64,000 nt of DNA, from the NCBI GenBank assembly GCA_963755805.1, contig CAVWLG010000024.1:1029-65028 (forward strand), written 5' to 3'. Below the pieces are notes generated by a model that searched no databases, was not told the origin of the DNA, and saw only the letters and a list, made by a program, of their open reading frames with translations. Positions 1 to 10,099 of this stretch are shown in pieces. Numbering within the stretch: the first letter of the stretch is position 1; each line of letters opens with the position of its first letter. The DNA is from an uncultured Actinomycetota bacterium (GTDB lineage Bacteria > Actinomycetota > Actinomycetes > Mycobacteriales > Mycobacteriaceae). Position numbers and translations under genes: made by a program.

Positions 1-93
1 ACCGCGATACCGGCCGTCGTCGCCGCGCCACCCGGCATAGCGACCTATAACGATCTGCCACTGCTACTTCCGCGTGGAGTCGTCAATGTCTGA
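1..93 (+). CDS. 3' end of dihydrodipicolinate-reductase-like / NAD(P)H-dependent amine dehydrogenase family protein (partial)
   Basis: Frame 1 reads TAIPAVVAAPPGIATYNDLPLLLPRGVVNV*, the typical C-terminus of this mycobacterial family; stop at 91-93 overlaps the next gene (ATG at 86). Confidence 0.65.
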   Translation, partial: TAIPAVVAAPPGIATYNDLPLLLPRGVVNV

Positions 94-511
94 ACGACAC
101 GAGAGACGCAGCTTCATCACGTCGTGTTCGCCGTCGCGCCGGAACGGCAGGCGGCGCGTGGCGCAGATGTTCACCGAACTCGGCTTCAGCTTCGAGAACA
201 CCGAGCTGACCGAACTCGGTTTGACGGTTCATTTGGATTGGAACGGCGGTGTCGAACTGATCAGCGCGATCCCCGGTGCGACCGCCGAAGTGGCGGCATC
301 CGTCAGTGAATTCGTGAAGCGCAACGGCGACGGCGTGTACACCGTGGTGCTCCGCGTCCCGGGGGCGTCCGACGCGGAAGCCGTCACCGAACGCTACGGG
401 TCGAAAACTCGCTTCCGGCAGAGCTTTTCCGGTGAGGGTTCGTATCTCGACGAAATCGACCTGTCGGTATTCGGCCTTCCGCTGACCTTGCTGTCGACCA
501 ATATCCCGTGA
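86..511 (+). CDS. VOC/glyoxalase-like hypothetical protein (two compensating frameshifts near the N-terminus)
   Basis: Alternate frame gives LHHVVFAVAPER, which rejoins VAQMFTELGF...GVELISA...GDGVYTVVLRV, a VOC-fold pattern. Confidence 0.55.
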   Translation: MSERHERRSFITSCSPSRRNGRRRVAQMFTELGFSFENTELTELGLTVHLDWNGGVELISAIPGATAEVAASVSEFVKRNGDGVYTVVLRVPGASDAEAVTERYGSKTRFRQSFSGEGSYLDEIDLSVFGLPLTLLSTNIP

Positions 512-535
512 CGAAGCCAGCAGCTAGGAGATGTC

Positions 536-1761
536 GTGACCGTTGACGCGGCCAGGCCGAGTGTTTTCGACGCCGGACTACCCACCCTGAGTTATGACCT
601 GACCGACACCCCGCAGCAGATCTATCCGCAGTTCCAGGCAGCCCAGCAAAAGGCGCCGATCGCATTGGGACCCATTGGCCCCGAGGTACTCTCGTACGAA
701 CTTGCCCGGACGGTGCTTCGTGATCCACGGTTCGTCATCCCACCGGGGATTCATCTCTCCGCCCACGGGATCACGTCGGGACCGTTGTGGGACAGAGTCA
801 CCCGCAGCATCTTGAACATGGAAGGCGACGAACACCGCCGACTGCGCAGCCTGGTGTCCAAAGCTTTCACGCCGCGGGCGACGGCGGGCATGGACGACAC
901 GATCCACACCGTCGTCAACGAACTCATCGATCGCGTCGCGGACTCGGGCCGCTGCGAATTCGTCGCGGACATCGCACGGCCGTATCCCATCCCGATCATC
1001 TGCGCGTTGCTCGGTGCACCTCGCGAGGACTGGCAACAGTTCTCACGGTGGGCCGAGGACATCTTCAAGATCGTCAGCTTCGACTGCGATCTCACCGAGG
1101 AAGAGCCCGTCATCCTCAAGGCGTGGGGCGAGTTCGACGACTACATCGACGACATGGTCGCGGACAGGCGTCGACACCTGACCGAAGATCTGCTGTCTGA
1201 GCTGATCGGCATCGAAGATGCGGGAGACCGCCTCAATGCCGGCGAGTTGCGCATGTTGGCGTTCAGCATTTTGGTGGCCGGCACCGACACCACCCGCAGC
1301 CAACTGGCGGCTCCATGCAGGTGCTGTGCGATCACCCCGAGCAGTGGGCGCTGCTGCGCGACCAACCCGAGCTGGCAATGCGCGCCGTCGAGGAAACCAT
1401 GCGACATTCGCCGTCGATGTGCAGCACGGTGCGCAGCGTCACCGACGACGTCACGATCAGCGACTACACCTTCCCCGCAGGCACTTTCATCTTGGTGAAC
1501 ACCTACGCGGCCAATCGCGATAGCGCCGTCTACGACGATCCGACCCGCTTCGACATCACCCGCGACGCGCCACCGCCGATCCTGACGTTCGGCGGCGGGG
1601 TGCACTACTGCCTCGGCGCCAACCTGGCGCGACGCGAACTCGCCGAAGCGCTCAAGATCCTCGCCCACCGCCTGCCGAATCCACGGCGAGTCGGATCGCC
1701 GCCGTGGAAGCCGTTGCTCGGCATGAGTGGACCGACCAGCTTGCCGATGCAGTTTGGCTGA
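536..1761 (+). CDS. Cytochrome P450 (frameshift near 1310)
   Basis: I-helix AGTDTT, EETMR (ExxR) and heme motif FGGGVHYCLG, split over ORFs 536..1498 and 1315..1761. Confidence 0.93.
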
Positions 1762-1879
1762 TGCCCTACATCATTGGCGCGGGCGTAGTGCGAAGGGTCG
1801 CCCGAAAATCCGTTGATCTACCGAGTGATGAAATGCGAATAGTCAGTTGCTTTACGCCTCATACCGCTCGCAACTTCGT

Positions 1880-2524
1880 CTACGGCCGCACCCCGTCGAT
1901 AGGCCAGGCAGTCGACTCGGGCGCGTAACGAAGTCTGGCTGCCGGGGGCAGCGGTCGACGTCCTTCCGCCGATATCGCGTCCAGTATGAGCGCGACGTAG
2001 CGACGCCAGCCGTCACTGTGCGATTCCATCGTCCACAGCACGCTGTGCAGCATCGCGATCAGGCGTGGTAGATCGTCAGCCACCAAATCGGCCCGGACGA
2101 CACCGGCCTGCTGGCCACGACGGGCGAGCTCGTTGAGCGCCTCATTCAGCGAGGCCGAGATGTCAGAAGTCAGCGACCCAACTCTGCGCGCCGCAGTCAA
2201 CAGGTTGTGTTCGCGCGCGCCCAGCGAGATCGCCGCCTCGATCAGCTGGGCGAGACCCTCCAGCGGATCGTCGGCGCCGCGTACGGCCTCGATCGTCGGC
2301 GTGAGGTCCTCGGCGATGCATTGGTCCAGGGCGGCCCGGACGAGCACTCCCTTGGTCGGAAACCTGCGGTAGAGCGTGCGCTCGCCGACCCCGGCCCGAC
2401 GGGCAACCGTTTCGATCGGCGCCTCCGGCCCGAGCTCGCCGTAGACATCCCGCGCGGCACGCAGGATGCGCTCAGCGTTACGCGCGGCATCGGCGCGCAG
2501 CGGCCGGTCAGACACCGCGGTCAT
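1880..2524 (-). CDS. TetR/AcrR family transcriptional regulator
   Basis: LRADAARNAERILRAA...VARRAGVGERTLYRRFPTK helix-turn-helix; divergent from the P450-SDR pair. Confidence 0.93.
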   Translation of the reverse strand: MTAVSDRPLRADAARNAERILRAARDVYGELGPEAPIETVARRAGVGERTLYRRFPTKGVLVRAALDQCIAEDLTPTIEAVRGADDPLEGLAQLIEAAISLGAREHNLLTAARRVGSLTSDISASLNEALNELARRGQQAGVVRADLVADDLPRLIAMLHSVLWTMESHSDGWRRYVALILDAISAEGRRPLPPAARLRYAPESTAWPIDGVRP

Positions 2525-2538
2525 GGCCTCAGCGTAAC

Positions 2539-2597
2539 TGACTGTTGACTGCCATTTAGGTGAGCTCTACGCTCGTGCAATTGACAGCCAACTGACA
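2539..2597. promoter_or_regulatory. Two imperfect TGACAG-N4-CTGTCA-type palindromes, putative TetR operators
   Basis: tgactgttgactgcca (2539-2554) and tgacagccaactgaca (2582-2597) in the divergent TetR/P450 spacer. Confidence 0.5.
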
Positions 2598-2614
2598 CTT
2601 AACGGGAAACGCCG

Positions 2615-3812
2615 GTGACCTCAACGACTTCCGATCTGCCCGTGATTCCAGCGCGCCGCGAGGCGCGCTGCCCGCTCGCTCCGCCGACCGAATTCGCCGG
2701 TTGGCGAAAAGAGTCCGGCCTTCAGCGGGCGATGTGGAACGGCCAACAGGTGTGGTCGGTGAGCCGCTACCAGGACATCAGGGCCGCGCTGGTCGACCCG
2801 CGGTTGTCGGCGGAGACTCTCCCGGACCTGTTCGATGCGGCGAACGACAGCACGGCGCCCGTGGTTTTCGCGCGGATCGACGATCCCGAGCATCATCGGT
2901 TGCGGCGCATGATGACCAGCCAGTTCACCTTCCGGCGCACCGAGGCGATGCGGCCGCAGATCCAGGAATTGGTCGACAAATACCTGGACGCGATGATCGA
3001 CAAGGGCCCGCCCGCCGACATCGTGCGCGACTTCGGCCTACCGGTGCCATCGATGGTGATCGCGCTGCTGCTGGGCGTCCCACCCGAAGATCTTCGAACT
3101 CTTCCAGCACAACACCGCCGCCGGATTGGACGTGAACTCCACCGACGAGGAACGGGCGCGGGGCTTCATCGAGATGTACGCGTACATCCAGGAGTTGGTC
3201 GCGCGTAAGGAGCGCGACCCCGGCGACGACCTGATCAGCCGGCTCATCACCGACTACGTCGCGACCGGCCAACTCGACTACAACACCGTCGCGGTCAACG
3301 CCGTGATCATGATGCAGGCCGGCCACGAAACCACTGCCAACATGATCTCGTTGGGAACCGTTGCGCTGCTCGAGCATCCGGAAGTCTTCGAGCGTCTCGG
3401 ACAGACCGACGATGCCGCCGTCATCGCCAACGCCGTCGAGGAGCTCATGCGTTATCTCTCCATCGTGCACGCCCAGGTGGACCGGATAGCGACCGAAGAC
3501 CTCGTCCTCGGCGGCCAGCAGATTCGCGCCGGGGACAGATTGTTGATGAATTTGCCCGCCGGGAACTGGGACAGCGAGTTCGTCGATAGCCCAGAGACTT
3601 TGGACATCGCCCGAAACGCCCGCGGGCATGTCGCTTTCGGCTACGGAACCCACCAGTGCATCGGAGCCAACCTGGCGAGAGTCGAGATGCAGGTGGCGTT
3701 CGCCACGTTGGCGCGCCGGCTTCCTGGGCTGCAACTGGCGGTGCCGCCGGATGAGCTGAAGTTCAAGGACGCCGACATCTACGGCATGAAAGAACTGCCG
3801 GTCACCTGGTGA
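2615..3812 (+). CDS. Cytochrome P450, CYP105-like (frameshift near 3095)
   Basis: AGHETTA, EELMR and HVAFGYGTHQCIG motifs over ORFs 2615..3208 and 3126..3812. Confidence 0.93.
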
Positions 3813-4778
3813 GCAACGACATGCGGTTCGACGACCAGGTTGCGGTGATCACCGGCGCCGGCGGCGGTTTGGGTTTGCAGTACGCGTTGCTGTTGGCCTC
3901 CCGCGGCGCCCGCGTCGTGGTCAACGACATCGGCGGCTCGGTGACGGGAGCGGGCTCGAACACCGACGCGGCGACCGCGGCCGTCGAGGAGATCCGCCGG
4001 CACGGCGGTGAGGCGATCGCCGACACCCACAGCGTGGCCACACCCGAAGGCGGACAGGCGATTATCGACTCCGCGCTGCACGCATGGGGGCGTGTCGACA
4101 TCGTGATCAACAATGCCGGCATCGTCCGCGACGCACCGTTCGAGGACATCACCGCCGATCGGCTCGATCCGTTGGTGGACGTGCATTTGAAGGGCGCGTT
4201 CCACGTGACCAGGCCCGCCTGGAAACTGATGCGCGAGCAGGGTTACGGACGAATCCTGAACACCTGCTCGGCCGCCGGACTGCTTGGCGCCGAACGGATG
4301 AGCAACTACGGCGCGGCGAAGACCGGGTTGGTCGGGTTGACCCGGGTGCTGGCCGCCGAAGGCGCCGACCACAACATCAAGGTCAACGCGATCGCGCCGA
4401 TCGCCTACACCCGGATGCTGGCGCATTCGGTCGAGACTGCCGGCCAGCCAGACGACCCGTCCGCTCAGGCGATACTGGATGATCTTGTGGCGCAATACCT
4501 TCAGAAGCTCGATCCGGCGCTGGTCGCCCCGGTCGCCGCGTTCCTGACGCATCGGGACTGTCCGGTCTCCGGCGAGATCTACACCGTCGGCGCCGGACAC
4601 GTCGCCCGGTTCTTCATCGGCCGGACTAAGGGCTTCTACAGTCCCGACGCTGTCTGTCGAGCAGGTGCGCGACCATCTCGACGAGATCCGCGACGAGGCC
4701 GGCTACACCGTGCCCGGAGGGCCCGCCGACGAGATGGCCGCATTGTTCGCGACGATCATGGCGGACCAGCCCGGCTGA
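3809..4778 (+). CDS. Short-chain dehydrogenase/reductase, MFE-2/HSD17B4-like (frameshift near 4650)
   Basis: TGAGGGLG, NNAG and YGAAK motifs; alternate frame ends ...FATIMADQPG* at 4778; GTGA overlap with the P450. Confidence 0.9.
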
Positions 4779-4781
4779 CGG

Positions 4782-5489
4782 CTACAGGTGGCTGGCGGCG
4801 TAGCCCGCTGCCTGCGCGGTCATCCCGTTCACCGGATACGACGAGTGCGCGAAGCTCGGCAGCCCACCGGGATCGCCGTTGCAGATGGTGTCGCCATCGG
4901 CGCACAGGTCGTCGGTCTTCGGCACATACAGCGGACCGACCATGATCAGCGGCGCGCCGTAATTCTGCAGCCACTGCGGCGACGGTTTCCCGAAGAGCGT
5001 CACCGCGGCCACGTGGTTGGCGATCTCCGGCGGCATCGGCTTGGGCATGAACGACAAGTACTCCGCGGGCACTCCCGCTGGGACCGACGCCGAGGTGACG
5101 GCGCCGGCCACGGCCGCGCCCTGGGAATACCCGCCGAGCACAATCCTGGTCTTGGGGCAGTTCGCGGCGGTCGCCTCGATATGGCTGCCGGCGTCCTTGA
5201 CCCCGTCGAGGAAGCTCTGGGCGAACTCGATGCGGTCGGAGAAATTGCCGCTGGCTTCGTAGTTGACCGGGTACACGTCGAGCGACTTGGGGCCGATCGC
5301 GGTGCGCAATTCGTCGACGAACGGCTCTCCGATGCCGCCGACGCCGGCCGGCTCACCGGTGCCGCGGGCGAACACCGCTTCGACGTCAGGGCACGGTTGC
5401 GCAGCGGCGACCGGCATCGGCGCGCTCAACAACCCGCCAACGATGGCAACTGCTGCGAAAAGGACATGGCCAATGTGGCGTAGGGACAT
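4782..5489 (-). CDS. Secreted cutinase family protein
   Basis: Signal peptide, CPDVEAVFARGTGE, nucleophile motif GYSQG, CADGDTIC and catalytic His in HSSY. Confidence 0.93.
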   Translation of the reverse strand: MSLRHIGHVLFAAVAIVGGLLSAPMPVAAAQPCPDVEAVFARGTGEPAGVGGIGEPFVDELRTAIGPKSLDVYPVNYEASGNFSDRIEFAQSFLDGVKDAGSHIEATAANCPKTRIVLGGYSQGAAVAGAVTSASVPAGVPAEYLSFMPKPMPPEIANHVAAVTLFGKPSPQWLQNYGAPLIMVGPLYVPKTDDLCADGDTICNGDPGGLPSFAHSSYPVNGMTAQAAGYAASHL

Positions 5490-5561
5490 GGTCCCCATTG
5501 TGGCGTAAAGAACGCGAACGTGCCGCAGCCGGTGATCAGCGTCGCGGCTCAGCGCAACGGC

Positions 5562-5947
5562 TTATGACGCCTCGTCGGAATCGTCGAGGACGCTGACCGC
5601 GATGCCGTAGGGCAGGAATCGGACTTTGCGGGTCGCGTCGGTGTTGTTCCGGTTCGCCCGCAAGGCCTCGAGTTCGGAGGCGTAGACCTCCTCGACGCGC
5701 GCGCCGCCGTCGGCACTGACCGTGTAGATCGCCCACACCCCGTCGCCGGCTTCGCCGGCGGTTTCCGGCCTGGTCCGGGTGCGCCGCGACAGATCCTCGA
5801 AGACCGACGACCACCCGGCCCGCTCGCTGGGCATGGTGAAGAACCGGCCGAAGCCCCCGAGTGCCTCGCGGAGGCCCTCGGTCGCGTCGCGGATCACGTG
5901 CTCGAAGTCTTCCGGCTCAAATCCGAACCGACCTTGTCGTCGTCCAT
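5562..5947 (-). CDS. Conserved hypothetical protein, Rv0313-like (frameshift near start)
   Basis: FGFEPEDF...ETAGEAGDGVWAIY...ELEALRAN...RKVRFLPYGIAVSVLD; AGGAGG ribosome-binding site before ATG 5947; gene order. Confidence 0.8.
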
Positions 5948-6014
5948 TGCGGCCTCCTGGCTGCTCACACCGAATACACCCAGTGTGCGCATTTCGGGCG
6001 GCTCGCGCCACGCC

Positions 6015-8067
6015 CTAGTAGCCGTACCCCGGGCCCGCGTAGGGATTCTGCGGCGCGTACGGGCTCTGCTGGTACGGATTCTGCTGGTACGGGCTCTGTT
6101 GCTGGTAGGGGTTCTGCTGCTGGTACGGGTTCTGCGGCTGCTGGCTCGCCCCACCCTGGCCTTCGGGAACCTGGACCGGGATCGGCACCGGCACGAACGG
6201 CAGGTTCAGATACGTCGTCGTCATCGCCGGCGACGGCGGCACGCTCGACGTCGGTGGTGGCGGTGGCGGAGGCGGCGGCGTCGTGCTCGGGGTGGTCGCT
6301 GCCGGCGGCGTCGGTCGTCGGCTGCGGCACGGTCGTCGTGGCCTGCGCCGTCGTTTCGCGGCGGAGGCGGCGGCTCGTACGTCTGCCACCGGAGGCGGCG
6401 GAGGCGGCGGCGGGGGCGCCTCGCTGGTCGGCGGCGGAGCCACGATCGGCGACGGCTCCGCGCTGGGCGGAGGCGGCGGCACCGGGCTCGGCGACGGAAG
6501 CTGCGAGCTCAACGGCGGCGGTGGTGGCGCCGTGGTGGTGCTGCTGGGCAGCGTCGGCGTGCGGTTGCTGCTGGTCAGCGTGAAGGCCACGCCGCCGATC
6601 GCGACCATCGAGACCAGCGCGGCGAGTCCCAGGAACAACTGCGGCAGCCGCGTTCCGCGGCCCCGGCCCACGTCGGGCGGCTCATACTTCGGCAGTTGCA
6701 TCAGTTGCGACGGCGTCGCGCGGTTGTCGTCGGTGTCGTACGGCTCGCCGGTGTAGAGCACCGGCTCGTCGTCGGAATCGTCGGCCTGCGACCAGGCCAG
6801 CTCGGTCAGCCGTTCCGACGGGTCGTCGAACAGCGCACCGGCGGTCGGGATGTCGAACGTGCCGGTCGACGCGCCGAACGTGCCGGTGGGGGTACCGAGC
6901 GCGCCGGTGGGCGCAAGGAAGCGGCCGGTGGTGGCGAGGCCGCTGGTCGTCGTCGCGAAACCGCCGGTCGATGCGCCCACCAGCGCAGCCATCGTGGTTT
7001 CTTCGCGTTCTCCGTCTCGCTGCTCGATCGGCTGGCGGGCGGACAGCTTCACCGCGCCGACGGCCGTCGCGAGCCCGGGCTGCATGGCGGTTATCACCGA
7101 GGTCTTGGTGTGCGACGAAAGACGCTGGGCGACAACCGGAATCTTGGCCGTACCGCCGGCCATCGCTACAGCTGCGAGGTCTTTGCTGCGAATCCTGTTG
7201 CGCCGCAACATATCGTCGAAGGCAGCGAACAAGCCGTCGAGCCGCTCTTCGATCAGGTCGTCGAACTCTGCCCGGCTTACTTCCAGACGGGTGCGCTGAC
7301 CAGGCAGGTCGAGGGCCAGCTCGGTGGTGTCTTCGGTGGACAGCCGCTCTTTGGCCAGTCGGCATTCCTCACGCAGGCCGGCGAACTGCCCGACGACTGC
7401 GGTGCTGGCGGGATCGACGCCGTTGCCGTGGCCCGCGTTGTCCAACGCGTGCAGCATCAGCGCCTGGTCAACCAGGTCGCCGGAGAAGTCCTCATACCGC
7501 AGCGTGTCGGCGATCGGAGTGAAGTCCGACGCGGCGTCCGCCAGCGTGATGCTGGTCCCGCCACCGCCGAAATCGAGCAGCGCGACAACACCCTTGCCGG
7601 GCAGGCGGGAATCGGAGTTCAGCGCGGTCAGCGCGGCAACCGAATCCGGCACCAGGCGCGGCGCGATGCCGCCGTGGACGAAGTCGGCATGGGTGTTCAA
7701 CGCGGCCTGCATGCCCCGCAACGCCTCTGCGCCCCAGTGCGCCGGAACGGCCATCGTGATATTCGAGGTCGCGGCTTCGCCGCCGGTCTCGTTGATCAAC
7801 GCATCCAGCGCCTCGACCAGCAACAGCGACGGGTCGTGGCTCGAACCGTCCGCGGATTTCAGAGGCTTCGACCCGCCGACCCGCTCGACGAAACCGGTCA
7901 TCAGCGTGCCGGTGTCGTCGACATCCGGGTCTACTCACGGGCACACCGAGTTCCGGCGCGCGGTCCGGAAAAAGCGTCAGCACGGCGCGCCGCGACACGG
8001 GCGGGTTGCCGTTGCGTACCGCGACTAAGTTTGTGGTGCCGATCGATAACCCCAACGGGTCATACAT
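6015..8067 (-). CDS. Hsp70-family, Pro/Thr-rich membrane protein, Rv0312-like (frameshifts)
   Basis: N-terminus MYDPLGLSIGTTNLVA, LDFGGGGT, GGTAKIP actin-like ATPase motifs, one TM helix and a Pro-rich tail. Confidence 0.88.
6040..6145 (-). repeat. Coding tandem repeat (Q)QQ[N/S]PY, about 6 copies, at the C-terminus of the Rv0312 homologue
   Basis: QNPYQQQNPYQQQSPYQQNPYQQSPYAPQNPY; 15-18 bp DNA units such as gggctctgctggtac. Confidence 0.8.
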
Positions 8068-8220
8068 AACTCAAATACTTTCGTCGACAACATTCGGTGG
8101 CCAGCGTCAACGATAACGGCGGGTCACGCTATGGCCATCGGGCACAACATCATCGGTACCCGGTCGATGCGGTTGCGTCACCGAAGTGAGACAGCCGCCG
8201 GCTTGACAGATCGGATCGCG

Positions 8221-9447
8221 TCAGACCACGGTCAATGGCAGCGATTGCCGCGGCTGGAATTCGAACGTCGCCCCGCCGCTCACTTTGGCGACCGCAACCT
8301 CGGACAGCTCCTTTGCCGCAGAGTCGGTCTCGGACAACTCGGCGGTCCATTCGGTGCTGGTGCCGGTGACCCGGACCTCGATACGCGGGTCGATCGCGGT
8401 CGCGATCGCCTGCAGCGGCTGGACCGACTCCGGCGAACACAGCGAGATCCATGCTGCGTCGTCGTGGGCCGGTGACCGGTGGACCGTCAGTTGGTCGCCG
8501 AACTCGGCGTTCACGTATCCAATCGGGTTGAACAGCGGGTGCAGCTCGAAAACCTTTCGGATGCCTTCGATTCCGGCGGGCAGGTCAAGTGCCCGATGGA
8601 TGCGCTCGGCGCCGAGACCGGCAACGCCGGTCAATCCGCGGGTGCAGATCGAGTCGGCCAGCTCGATGTCGGATCCCGCGCGCGCCCGCACCGCGATCGC
8701 AAAGGACAGATACAGCAGGTGCATCTGCAGGCAGACTTCGTCGGCCATCCGCACCAGTGCCGAATGCGAGTACGCGCCGAAGTCGAAGTCCGACACCACC
8801 GGGCCCGAATAGTCGGCCTGTCCCTCACCGGAATGGTCGATCGCGTCGAGTTCCCAATTGGCAGCCACGGTTTCGGCCACGATGTCCAGCGCCGGAATGC
8901 CTTCGACCGGCGGATACGACTCGTCGATGACGACTGTCCAGGCGCAGTGCGGATGCCGGTCCGACGGCAGCCGGGGCGGGCGGTGGATGGGACGCACCTG
9001 CGCGCGCGCATTGGTGGCGACCGCGGTCGCGTCGAAGGTCGGGTCCTCGATGGTGTGGCACATGCCGAAGACGTAGTCGGGACCCATCGGCTCCACGTCG
9101 AGCAGCGCGCCGCAGTGGTCGAGATGGAACTCGCCGTGCCAACGATCGTGAATGGTGTAGCGGAAATCCATGAACTGCGGCGGCGCCCCGATGTCGAGCT
9201 GTAAGCCCTTGAAAATCGTGAGGACGTCGACACCTTCGTAGTTCAGCGCACGCTGCATGCGTCGGGTGTAGATCGGGCTGGCGCCGGCCCATTCCTCGAT
9301 GGCGATCTGCACCATCTCGTCGCGCCCGAACTCCTGGATGCACCAGGCCATGCCGGAGCGGTCAATCATCTGCCCGATCAACAGCAGCTCGGGAAGCAGG
9401 ACGGCGAGCTGTTCGCGGGACAGCTGGGCGTAGCGGGATCGGCTCAC
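8221..9447 (-). CDS. Conserved hypothetical protein, Rv0311-like
   Basis: Intact 408-aa ORF with FHLDHCGALLDVEP, MCHTIEDPTFDATA and HPHCAW; gene order. Confidence 0.85.
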   Translation of the reverse strand: MSRSRYAQLSREQLAVLLPELLLIGQMIDRSGMAWCIQEFGRDEMVQIAIEEWAGASPIYTRRMQRALNYEGVDVLTIFKGLQLDIGAPPQFMDFRYTIHDRWHGEFHLDHCGALLDVEPMGPDYVFGMCHTIEDPTFDATAVATNARAQVRPIHRPPRLPSDRHPHCAWTVVIDESYPPVEGIPALDIVAETVAANWELDAIDHSGEGQADYSGPVVSDFDFGAYSHSALVRMADEVCLQMHLLYLSFAIAVRARAGSDIELADSICTRGLTGVAGLGAERIHRALDLPAGIEGIRKVFELHPLFNPIGYVNAEFGDQLTVHRSPAHDDAAWISLCSPESVQPLQAIATAIDPRIEVRVTGTSTEWTAELSETDSAAKELSEVAVAKVSGGATFEFQPRQSLPLTVV

Positions 9448-9485
9448 TCACCAAAAATAGAGCTGACTATGTTATAAAGTCAACA

Positions 9486-10096
9486 ATGTCTATTTCCGCA
9501 GGCCAGAAGGCCAGAGCTGCCGTCGGCCCCACCCGGCGGACAACTGCGCCACGCAAACGCGGCGATGACACGCGCGCGAAAATCATCGACGAAACGGTTC
9601 GCTGCATCGTGGAGGAGGGCTTTGTCGCCGCGACCGCGAAGCATGTCGCCGAACGGGCGGGCGTCACCTGGGGAGTGATCCAGTATCACTTCGGCGACCG
9701 CAACGGCTTGTTGATGGCCGTGGTCGACGACGGGGTGGCCCGGCTGCTGGAGAGCCTTTCGTCGGCCGATGTCAGCGAACTGCCGATGCGAGAGCGCATC
9801 GAGGTCGTCGTCGACACCGCGTGGAGTTGCTACAGCAGTCCGACGTCAATGGCGGCATTCGAGATCCTGCGGGCCAACCGGGCGGGCTCGTCGCGCCGGC
9901 ACCTGCTGGAGATGAACGAGGCGATCAATCAGCTCGGCCGCCTGATCACCGATGACCCCGCCAATGACGGTGTGGCCGACGTTATTTGGGCCACCTTCGT
10001 GGCGTGGTGTTGGCGCAGATGATCATCGGGACGCCGATCGACTGGCAACGGGAGCGGCGGGCGCTGATCGAAATGGTCACCCACTACCTGCGCTGA
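9486..10096 (+). CDS. TetR family regulator (frameshift near 9995)
   Basis: TAKHVAERAGVTWGVIQYHFG HTH; alternate frame ends ...EMVTHYLR*; small palindrome atag-N6-ctat at 9457-9470 in the divergent spacer. Confidence 0.88.
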
Positions 10097-10099
10097 GCA

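Noticed and set aside
1762-1879. Lower-GC spacer between the P450 and the TetR as a possible RNA
   Set aside because: Only short, unconvincing complementarity was found
6040-6145. Short tandem repeats here and at 47250-47420 as CRISPR-like or guide arrays
   Set aside because: They are in-frame coding repeats without unique spacers, and no cas genes are present
5898-8069. 723-aa plus-strand ORF and similar long Arg/Ala-rich antisense ORFs (e.g. 13430..14941, 26511..28346)
   Set aside because: Shadow ORFs opposite real high-GC genes, with no domain motifs
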